From Thermoactinomycetaceae bacterium (GTDB taxonomy: Bacteria; Bacillota; Bacilli; Thermoactinomycetales; Thermoactinomycetaceae): 64,000 nt of DNA. This document shows, piece after piece, positions 18,842 through 26,751 of this stretch. Below the pieces are notes generated by a model. It worked only from the letters and a program-made list of their open reading frames with translations. It did not search any database and was not told the origin of the DNA. A program made the position numbers and the translations under genes. Where the stretch lies: positions 31,452 to 95,451 of the forward strand of contig JANWIG010000034.1 of the NCBI GenBank assembly GCA_025449975.1, given 5' to 3'. Every line of letters starts with the position of its first letter. The stretch's first letter is position 1.

Positions 18842-19579
18842 CTAGCTCATCAATTGGCCCAATACCATATGCATTTCTTCGATACTTGGTCTCTCATTGG
18901 TATCAAAAGAAATTGCTTTTGAAATCAAATCAACGAGCGCTGGTGGACAATCTGGTACGTAATCAGTCACTTTAGGCGTTTGTAATCCACTCATCATCGG
19001 ATTGTTACCAGTGATCATCCAATACATCCGAACCCCCATCGTATAGGCATCGGAGGAGTTAATCATTTTAAGAATCGATTCCTCATCCCTTTTTCCCACA
19101 CTATATCCTCTTGGAAAAGCATGAATCGAACCACCATACATAAAGTAAATATCTCGCTGAGGCGTTACAAAAATATTCTGCGGGTGAAGCAACGCAAACT
19201 GCTTCTCGTTATATAATTGAAGTAGGTTATCCATAATCCCATACGAAACCCAGACCATGTCAGAAATGCGAAGTGGAACCGACTTCATCAATTGATAAGC
19301 CAATAGACTCCCTTCAATCTTTTCAAATACTTGATACAAAATACCATCTTCAATAAATACTTCTTTTATTGGACAGAAAATTCTTTCATGTCTTTCGTAT
19401 AGCAGCTCTTCTTTCAGTTGGTTGCGGAAGGTATGAACATCCATCGCATGAATATAGCGTGTAATCGTAAATCCATCTTGTTCTTCATCTGTATAATAAA
19501 GAATCCCGTTAACAAATGGGTACGAACTGATCACTCGGTACTGATCCCTGATTCTTTCATTTAGTCCTTTTGCTTCCAT
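18842..19579 (-). CDS. Soluble kinase-like protein (predicted pseudokinase), paralog of the N-terminal domain of the next gene
   Basis: Shares IF.PI..VFI.DG..YQ..EKIEG.LL and FAL....NI..TPQ....F.YGG with ORF 16860-18815. FALLHPQNIF replaces HRDxKPxN and there is no GxGxxG. Confidence 0.7.
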   Translation of the reverse strand: MEAKGLNERIRDQYRVISSYPFVNGILYYTDEEQDGFTITRYIHAMDVHTFRNQLKEELLYERHERIFCPIKEVFIEDGILYQVFEKIEGSLLAYQLMKSVPLRISDMVWVSYGIMDNLLQLYNEKQFALLHPQNIFVTPQRDIYFMYGGSIHAFPRGYSVGKRDEESILKMINSSDAYTMGVRMYWMITGNNPMMSGLQTPKVTDYVPDCPPALVDLISKAISFDTNERPSIEEMHMVLGQLMS

Positions 19580-19724
19580 AGTTAATATTCCCCTTCTAAC
19601 TCTTGTTTCCTATCTTAAAACACATTTTTTACGAAAAACGATTACCTATTTATTCTAACATGAAGTAGAAGTAGGTGAAATGGATCATTTCGATTTCACT
19701 CATCTAGGAACAGTCATAAACTTT

Positions 19725-19772
19725 TTATGATAAATTAAATTATTTATGATATTATATGATTTAATTTATGAT
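19725..19772. repeat. Four phased copies of T(T/A)ATGAT in a divergent promoter region
   Basis: TTATGAT at 19725, 19744 and 19766; ATATGAT at 19754. The 10-12 bp spacing of the last three suggests an operator array. Confidence 0.5.
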
Positions 19773-19830
19773 TGTTTAGATTGTTTTAGGAATAATCATG
19801 GGTTCTCCCCATGGCAAGTGAGGTTAGTAT

Positions 19831-21117
19831 ATGAACAACGACACATCTTTCAACCAGAAAAAAGCGATCCGTGCCTGGTACATGTATGATTGGGCAAATT
19901 CAGCATTTGCTACAACCATTATGGCTGCAGTCATGCCGATCTATTTTGCCAACGTAGCGAGTCATGGCTTAACAGAGGCTGAATCGACCGCATATTGGGG
20001 ATACACGCAATCGATCGCCTTGGTGATCATTGTTCTTTTATCACCGATCCTCGGAGCAATCGCTGACCAAACCAATGCAAAAAAAGGATTTTTGCGCTTT
20101 TTTACCTATATGGGAGTACTCGCCTGCCTTTTGATGTTTACCATTGATCAAGGGGAATGGTTGTGGGCAGCTATTTTGGTAACGATTGGTACCATTGGTT
20201 TTACAGGAGGCAATGTCTTTTATGATGCTTATTTAACGGATTTGGTTCCTGAAAGGGAGCGAGACCAAGCCTCTTCTCGTGGTTATGCCTATGGTTATCT
20301 TGGCGGCGGCTTATTACTTGCGCTCAACCTCATCATCATTTTAAAACCGGAGCTTTTCCACTTAAATACAACACAAGCTACACAAATCTCCTTCCTATCG
20401 GTTGGAATCTGGTGGTTTTTCTTTTCACTCCCCCTTTTCCGTTATGCTCCTAATGGGAAGAGCAATCTGACTGCAACTCCTTGGATCCCTTTGACCATTG
20501 GTGCTTTTAAACAAGTGGGTAACACCCTGCGCAAAGTAAGGCAACTTCCAGAGCTTTTTAAATTCCTGATTGCCTTTTGGTTCTTTAATGATGGAATCAA
20601 TACCATTATCAAAATGGCAACCATTTATGGAAGCAGCATTGGCATAGGGCAAACGCATCTAATCACCGCACTATTGATCACTCAATTTGTTGGGATCCCT
20701 TGTACGATCCTATTTGGTAAAGTCGCTGATAAAATGGGATCCAAAATCAGTCTTATCATTACGCTGTTTATCTACCTAGGAATTGTTATATTAGGATATT
20801 TCATGAAAAATGAAACACACTTTTACATTCTAGCTATATTGGTGGCATTGGTTCAAGGAGGAAGCCAAGCTTTAAGCCGTTCCATCTTTAGTAAAATGGT
20901 ACCCCAACAGCATAATGCGGAATTCTTTGGTTTTTATGGTCTAACCGGGAAATTCGCTGCGATCTTAGGACCTGCTACGTTCGCCTTTTTTACGCAAACG
21001 ATGGGATCGAGCCGATTTGGCATTATCTCCATCGCTATGTTCTTCCTTATCGGAATTATTCTTCTGTTCTTTGTTCATATCGAGAAAGGAAAAAGAGAAG
21101 CAGAAGCATATCAATAA
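19831..21117 (+). CDS. MFS transporter (UMF1/Atg22-like family by eye)
   Basis: About 12 TM helices; N-terminal AWYMYDWANSAF motif is typical of the UMF1 family. Confidence 0.75.
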   Translation: MNNDTSFNQKKAIRAWYMYDWANSAFATTIMAAVMPIYFANVASHGLTEAESTAYWGYTQSIALVIIVLLSPILGAIADQTNAKKGFLRFFTYMGVLACLLMFTIDQGEWLWAAILVTIGTIGFTGGNVFYDAYLTDLVPERERDQASSRGYAYGYLGGGLLLALNLIIILKPELFHLNTTQATQISFLSVGIWWFFFSLPLFRYAPNGKSNLTATPWIPLTIGAFKQVGNTLRKVRQLPELFKFLIAFWFFNDGINTIIKMATIYGSSIGIGQTHLITALLITQFVGIPCTILFGKVADKMGSKISLIITLFIYLGIVILGYFMKNETHFYILAILVALVQGGSQALSRSIFSKMVPQQHNAEFFGFYGLTGKFAAILGPATFAFFTQTMGSSRFGIISIAMFFLIGIILLFFVHIEKGKREAEAYQ

Positions 21118-21120
21118 AAA

Positions 21121-21155
21121 CCGGTTGTCTATACGACAGCCGGCTTTTATTTTTC
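21121..21155 (+). terminator. Rho-independent terminator after the MFS gene
   Basis: CCGGTTGTC, loop TATAC, GACAGCCGG, then CTTTTATTTTT. Confidence 0.75.
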
Positions 21156-21253
21156 ATGTATCATTTTTCATTTTTATGGAGATATTGAAAGCAAAGATCT
21201 TTTTACAGAACTTGATTTTTGGAGCAGACCAGATCGTCACATGAACGTTTCCT

Positions 21254-22126
21254 TTAGCTGTTGCTATATGGACGAACTTCTAAAAGTTGATCGACGGTCA
21301 CAAACTCATAACCTTCTTCTTTCAAATATTTAATCATTCTGGGTAACGCCTTCACCGTTGCGTCCCGTTTTCCGCCACCATCGTGCATCAGGATGATACT
21401 ACCCGACTGAACAGTGTTTTTGACAGCCTGTACAATCTCGGAAGATGTACGTCCTGGACGCCAATCATTGGTATCGACATCCCAGTTAATAATCGCATAT
21501 CCTTCTTTCTTTACAACTTTCGTTTTGCCAGTAATTCCACCGTAAGGAGGACGTAGTAGCATCACATTTTTCCCAGTCACTTCATGAATTTTCTCTTTCG
21601 TTCTCTGCAACTCTTTCTTGATGGCACTACTAGCTAAATCAGAGAGCAACGGATGGGTCCAAGTATGATTGGCAACGGTATGCCCTTCAGCAACTGTCCG
21701 CTTCAACAACTCCTTGCCCGATTCAATATTTTGACCAATCACAAAGAAAGTTGCTTTTACATCTTCTTCAGCTAAAATATCTAAGATTTTTGGCGTATAT
21801 TCATGGTGTGGACCATCATCAAAAGTAAGCGCAACCACTTTCTTTTTTCGTGAACCGTTCAAAATAATGTTCTTCTTTTCAAATTTTTCCAGTTTTTCAA
21901 GTTCCTCAGAAGTAAAAGGACGATCTTCCTTTACCTCAACTTCCTGCTCTGTCCCTTGCTGCTCTTCCTTTTGAGTGTTTCCAGTCGCAAATTGCTTTTG
22001 TTGCTCTACATCTGTTTTCGGTGGATCTTCTGTTTTAGCTGAATCGCCAAATAGACTACAGCCGGATAAGATCACACTGATTGCTAATAGCAAGGCGGCT
22101 ACTTTTTGCGCTCCCCTCATTTTCAC
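21254..22126 (-). CDS. Polysaccharide deacetylase (NodB homology) lipoprotein
   Basis: Lipobox LSGC, E/Q-rich linker, and NodB motifs LTFDDGP, HTVANHTWTHP, LRPPYG, ILMHD. Confidence 0.88.
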   Translation of the reverse strand: MKMRGAQKVAALLLAISVILSGCSLFGDSAKTEDPPKTDVEQQKQFATGNTQKEEQQGTEQEVEVKEDRPFTSEELEKLEKFEKKNIILNGSRKKKVVALTFDDGPHHEYTPKILDILAEEDVKATFFVIGQNIESGKELLKRTVAEGHTVANHTWTHPLLSDLASSAIKKELQRTKEKIHEVTGKNVMLLRPPYGGITGKTKVVKKEGYAIINWDVDTNDWRPGRTSSEIVQAVKNTVQSGSIILMHDGGGKRDATVKALPRMIKYLKEEGYEFVTVDQLLEVRPYSNS

Positions 22127-22260
22127 TCATTCTCCTCTGCTGTTCTATTGCCCACAGTGATCCATACCTTCAGGTAATATTTCTCTCTATTTCTTTTTAT
22201 CTCAGCTTGGGTCCATATGTTGACAAGACCATCATTGAAAGAATATCTTTTTAAGTATAA

Positions 22261-22294
22261 TTAAAAAGAGTAATTATCTATAAATAATTACTCT
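22261..22294 (-). terminator. Rho-independent terminator after ORF 22363-22800
   Basis: Perfect 11 bp arms AGAGTAATTAT / ATAATTACTCT, followed by a T-run on the minus strand. Confidence 0.65.
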
Positions 22295-22362
22295 TACTAT
22301 AGACTACACTATTTTTCAGCAATCGTTTCTCTTTTTTATGTCTAAAAATAAAACTTTTTTAT

Positions 22363-22800
22363 TTAAAACCATTTTCCGTTCATCAAATATGTATTATAAC
22401 GGGTTCCTTGCTCAAAACCATCATCAAGATTCTTCTCTCTTTGCTCTAAAAAGTCCTTTATTTGGTGAATTTTAATAATTCGGCTCTCCAGCTTTGGATC
22501 AAACCACCTATTCTGTAATGTTCGCATCCCTCTTTTCTGTTTTAACACTTCAAGATCATGATCGGAAAATCGATTGATTTTCTCTTTTAATAACCGATGA
22601 GTATCTTCGACCCAAGTTTCCTGATAATGTAACTTTGATCTAGACATGGGACACAACAGGATCAAACTCAGGCAGATCAACATGGGTAGGATCCATCTTC
22701 TATTCGCCAAACACTCTCCGTTACGAAAAACGTATAAAAAATCATAAAAATATCTATCTTCCTCCAATTTTACTGAATCCCGTCTCGTCAATCTTACCAA
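22363..22800 (-). CDS. Hypothetical protein with one hydrophobic segment
   Basis: ORF only; the longest form starts at TTG. Hydrophobic stretch ILPMLICLSLILLC, then a charged helical region. No family recognised. Confidence 0.4.
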   Translation of the reverse strand: MVRLTRRDSVKLEEDRYFYDFLYVFRNGECLANRRWILPMLICLSLILLCPMSRSKLHYQETWVEDTHRLLKEKINRFSDHDLEVLKQKRGMRTLQNRWFDPKLESRIIKIHQIKDFLEQREKNLDDGFEQGTRYNTYLMNGKWF

Positions 22801-23040
22801 CTACGATCGCACTCCACAGGCACACATTCCCTTATAACGCACGCTTCTTTCCATCGATGATCTACGCCATTCATGGGAATTACTTCTAGATACAATTATT
22901 TTCGTTTTTCGCTAACGGATTCCCTCCTTTCGATCACTCGATTTATAAACTTTTAACGTTTTTTGTGACCGTGATCCAACTTTCGATCAAAAAACATTGA
23001 ATAGTCGGATATATTTTATCAATATATCGTTTTTCTGGCA

Positions 23041-23080
23041 ATAAATGAAATAAATGGTAGACAGTCTTTCACTGTCTACC
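23041..23080 (-). terminator. Rho-independent terminator overlapping the J-like gene stop codon
   Basis: GGTAGACAG, 7 nt loop, CTGTCTACC, followed on the minus strand by ATTTATTTCATTT. Confidence 0.65.
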
Positions 23081-24419
23081 ATCCGCTTCTCTTTTTCAAA
23101 TAATTGAGGTAAAAATTGCGAACAAGCACAATGGGAACAACGATCACCCATATATAAAACATGAGGAGAAAGAAGACAGTCATCAAGAAAAAGCTCCCTA
23201 CTTTTCCGATCCGATTCCGTAACCACTCATATAAAAATGCAAAGTCCGATCGAAAACTCTTCCCTTGAGCCACTTTCTGAAAAATCCGCCAGACAGGACT
23301 ATATGCTGAGATAATATAAAGAATAGGATAAAGAAATAATGCAATGTAATTACTTAAAAGCGCAAAGTCCAAATGTACTGCTTGTGCATACTCGTTAGAA
23401 AGAGCCAAAATATTTAAAAGAATCAACAATGGAATCAGTGCTACCCAAACCCAACTGCCGGTAAACTTTCGTTTTTGTAACCATTTTATATTATCCAGTG
23501 CTGCATCGATTTTCGTTTGTAAAACGGGATCCGAAAAGGAATAGATCTTCGCCTGATGCAAAAGTGATTCTGACGTCTTAATATTTATATGGGAATGAAT
23601 CGGATAAATACCAGCCGGAAGGAAAGAATTTCCTGTGGAAATGGATGTCCAATCTTGAGTTGCAAACTTAAAGTAAGTACTCCCTAATTGCCGATTGACG
23701 ACTGGATCATTTGGGGCTGATTGCCGACATCTGTTCAAGTAGTCAATCGCTTTTTGCAGTTGGCCCATTTCGCTATATAAGACACCTAATTTATAAACAG
23801 CAGACAAATCTTGGTAATCCATTTCAAGCGCTTGAATATATGCGCGCTCTGCCTGATTCAAATTTTTTAGATTATAGTGTACATCTCCCAAAAAAGTATA
23901 ATAAGCAGGCTGAGGCTCTAACTCACAAGCTCGATGGATGGCGCCAATCGCTTCTTTTACTTCATTGTTTTGATAACGTGCTTGCCCCAATAAAGCCCAT
24001 GCTTCAGCATAATTAGGTACTTGATCAATCAGCCTTTGAGCTAATAACAGCGCATCTACCGTTCTTCCTTGCTTTAAAAGCTCCCAGCCATTTCCTATTT
24101 CCTGTTGGATTTCGGATAAATCGATCTCTGATTGTGATATATCATTAGAACTTGTAGAAGCATCATCGACAGAGTTTGCAGTCAGACTCAACGTATAATC
24201 TTTTAATGATTGATCGTATTCCCGCCTCCGCTCTGGATCTAACAAAGTCGTTTCCACTTGCTCTAACAGCCGTACCATCCGCTCAGCTTCTTGTCGCTTC
24301 TCAAATGAAGGGGAGTTAGTACGTTGGGTCCATTTGCGTAGTTCTCCATAGAGGATCCGGCGAATTTCTTCGTCTGAGGCCATTGAGGAAACATTTAACA
24401 GTTCATAATAGTTCTGCAT
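23076..24419 (-). CDS. J-like domain (no HPD), TPR repeats and a C-terminal multi-TM membrane anchor
   Basis: N-terminus NYYELLNVSSMASDEEIRR...LLDPERRREYD follows the J-domain helix pattern, but TQR occupies the HPD position. TPR-like repeats at about aa 110-250; 3-4 TM helices at the C-terminus. Confidence 0.75.
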   Translation of the reverse strand: MQNYYELLNVSSMASDEEIRRILYGELRKWTQRTNSPSFEKRQEAERMVRLLEQVETTLLDPERRREYDQSLKDYTLSLTANSVDDASTSSNDISQSEIDLSEIQQEIGNGWELLKQGRTVDALLLAQRLIDQVPNYAEAWALLGQARYQNNEVKEAIGAIHRACELEPQPAYYTFLGDVHYNLKNLNQAERAYIQALEMDYQDLSAVYKLGVLYSEMGQLQKAIDYLNRCRQSAPNDPVVNRQLGSTYFKFATQDWTSISTGNSFLPAGIYPIHSHINIKTSESLLHQAKIYSFSDPVLQTKIDAALDNIKWLQKRKFTGSWVWVALIPLLILLNILALSNEYAQAVHLDFALLSNYIALFLYPILYIISAYSPVWRIFQKVAQGKSFRSDFAFLYEWLRNRIGKVGSFFLMTVFFLLMFYIWVIVVPIVLVRNFYLNYLKKRSGW

Positions 24420-24442
24420 ATTGTCAACGTTCCTTCTCTTTT

Positions 24443-25966
24443 TTAACTAATGACTAACTTACCAACCCGTTCTTGTTTTTGTTTTACCTCTTCCTCGGTT
24501 AAATTGGATTTACGATCAATATCTAACTCACCCAAGCGTTTACGTGCGGTTAAGTCGTATACAGATACATGGATAATTCCATCCCGATCATACTCAAAGA
24601 TCACTTCAAGAGGAGCGCCTTTCGGATATGGAGGAACTTTAATGAGAGCCTCACCCACTACCTTGACATAATCCTTATGTGTGTCTTCCCCTTCTGTTAC
24701 TTTGACATGCAGTTCTGTCTGATTATCGACGGCTGTCGAGAAATAACCACTCGCCCGTGCAGGAATAACTGTATCTTTTTTGAGAATGATCGAGTTCACA
24801 TCGACTCCATCCTCATTTAAAGCTAACACACCCAAACTATGTGAATTAACGTCCTCTACATTGATATCTGGGAAGAATGGCGGAACATCCGAACCCGTTC
24901 TACCTTGCTTTTTGTAGATCAACATACCTTGGATCGCTGCTCCCATCGCAACAACTTCATCTGGATTCACATCCAAAGAAGGAGTCAAACCAGTGACACG
25001 TTGAATCATCTCTGGAACGGATTTCATCCGTGTGGATCCACCCACCAACAGGACACGGTCGATATCGCTCCATTGCAATCCTGCATCTTCTAAGACGAAT
25101 TGCATAATGGTTTGGGTTTGACGTAGCAAATGAGCAGTAATCTCTTCAAATTTCTGTCTGGTCAAGGTAACCCGACCATTTACCCCATTGGCCGACAAGA
25201 AGACTTGCGTGCTGTCCAGCCGTGAAATGTTTTTCTTGGCAATCTCTGCTTTATCTCGCAAATCTTGTTCCAGAACGGCATCATCGAGTAGATCAATTCC
25301 GCCCATTTTCTTAAACTCGTCATTTAGATAGTTCATAATACAGTTATCCCAATCAAAACCACCTAAGTTTTTAGAGCCACCGGTCGAAAGTACCCGCAGA
25401 CCATCTGGATTGAGCCTCATAATTGTTACATCAAAGGTACCTCCTCCGAGATCATAAACTAAGATCGTTTGCTGCAGATGCATTTTGTCCAATCCATAAG
25501 CCAATGCAGCCGCAGTCGGTTCGTTGATAATTCGAAGTACATTCAATCCTGCAATCCGTCCAGCATCTTGTGTCGCTTTACGCTGAGCATCGTCAAAATA
25601 AGCTGGAACGGTAATCACTGCATCGGTGATCGGCTCTCCTAACAATGTTTCGGCATCCTCTTTCAATCTTCGTAAAATCATGGCCGAAATTTCTTCAGGG
25701 GTATAAACTTCATTCTGCTCTGTGCGAAACTTCCAATTTTTATCACCAAGCTGTCGTTTTACAAACTGGACCACATTCAGCGGGTTAGCAACTGCCGAAC
25801 GTTTGGCGATGCTACCGACGATCGGACCAGAATGATCAAATAAAACAACAGATGGGGTAATTCTTTCGCCATCACGGTTGATCAATATTTCCGGTCTCCC
25901 GTACTTATTCACAACCGCCAAAGCAGAAAAGGTTGTACCTAAGTCAATCCCCACGACTCTTCCCAT
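24443..25966 (-). CDS. Hsp70-family ATPase, short form lacking most of the alpha-helical lid
   Basis: GIDLGTTFS, TVPAYFDDAQRKATQDAG, IINEPTAAALAYG, DLGGGTFDV and LVGGSTRM motifs, plus a beta substrate-binding domain. Only 507 aa, whereas I recall about 610 aa for DnaK. Confidence 0.9.
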   Translation of the reverse strand: MGRVVGIDLGTTFSALAVVNKYGRPEILINRDGERITPSVVLFDHSGPIVGSIAKRSAVANPLNVVQFVKRQLGDKNWKFRTEQNEVYTPEEISAMILRRLKEDAETLLGEPITDAVITVPAYFDDAQRKATQDAGRIAGLNVLRIINEPTAAALAYGLDKMHLQQTILVYDLGGGTFDVTIMRLNPDGLRVLSTGGSKNLGGFDWDNCIMNYLNDEFKKMGGIDLLDDAVLEQDLRDKAEIAKKNISRLDSTQVFLSANGVNGRVTLTRQKFEEITAHLLRQTQTIMQFVLEDAGLQWSDIDRVLLVGGSTRMKSVPEMIQRVTGLTPSLDVNPDEVVAMGAAIQGMLIYKKQGRTGSDVPPFFPDINVEDVNSHSLGVLALNEDGVDVNSIILKKDTVIPARASGYFSTAVDNQTELHVKVTEGEDTHKDYVKVVGEALIKVPPYPKGAPLEVIFEYDRDGIIHVSVYDLTARKRLGELDIDRKSNLTEEEVKQKQERVGKLVIS

Positions 25967-26136
25967 TTCTTTTTCACGCTCCTTTGACAGAAAGTAACAT
26001 CAAATCAAATAAGCCATTCTCCACTGTTTCCATACGTTAATATAATAACCCTTTGGGATGGTCTGAAGGAAGACCATGAAAACCACCAAATGAAAAACAA
26101 CTCCCAACGATAAACTCATTGGGATGTTTTCCGAGC

Positions 26137-26751
26137 TTAGGGTTTATATTTTTTTATGACTACTTCTTCTGGGCGCAATAGAACATCTTTATATTTGAAC
26201 CCATGGCGTACTACTTCTACTACATAGTTATCCTCTTGAGGATTGGATGTTTGAACCACTCCGATGACTTGCTGTTTGCTCGGATCAAAGATTGGAGATG
26301 GGCAAACAATCAGCTCCACACTCCTACGATATAAAATTTCGATCAACTCATGACTTAATGACTCTAGCAAGTTGGTGATCTCAGGTGAAGCAGATCCATT
26401 GTTGACTTTTTCTTTATAAATATTATTCATCCGATCAATAAGCAGAATTAAGTCAATATACAGGGGACGAAGTTGATTCAGTTCCCGATCTTGTTTTAGT
26501 TCGTCCATTTCTTGATACAGCCGTTCAAAAGCCGCTTCTTTAGTCTTGTCATTTTTTAATCGTGATTCAAACAAACGCACTAAAGAGTTAAAGTTCGATT
26601 GCAGTTGTGACAAAAAAGAGAGAACTTGCTTCTCTTGTAAAGGTTCATTCCTTCTATGCATATCTTCCCTAGACATCCGAAATCTCATCCGTCTAGATTC
26701 TTGTGGAACGAGGTGGCCAGTAATTTCGTTTCTCCCTTTGTTGGGATCCAT
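26137..26751 (-). CDS. GrpE-like nucleotide exchange factor (divergent)
   Basis: Coiled-coil N-terminal half. C-terminus ...SPIFDPSKQQVIGVVQT...VVEVVRHGFKYKDVLLRPEEVVI matches the GrpE beta-domain pattern (FDP..H.A / G(Y/F)...R.LRPA.V.V). GGGAGGAA RBS. Confidence 0.7.
   Translation of the reverse strand: MDPNKGRNEITGHLVPQESRRMRFRMSREDMHRRNEPLQEKQVLSFLSQLQSNFNSLVRLFESRLKNDKTKEAAFERLYQEMDELKQDRELNQLRPLYIDLILLIDRMNNIYKEKVNNGSASPEITNLLESLSHELIEILYRRSVELIVCPSPIFDPSKQQVIGVVQTSNPQEDNYVVEVVRHGFKYKDVLLRPEEVVIKKYKP

Noticed and set aside
22987-23226. 79-aa minus-strand ORF overlapping the 3' end of the J-like/TPR gene.
   Set aside because: It lies out of frame within the TM-encoding end of a better-supported gene and runs across its terminator hairpin. 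It has no RBS.
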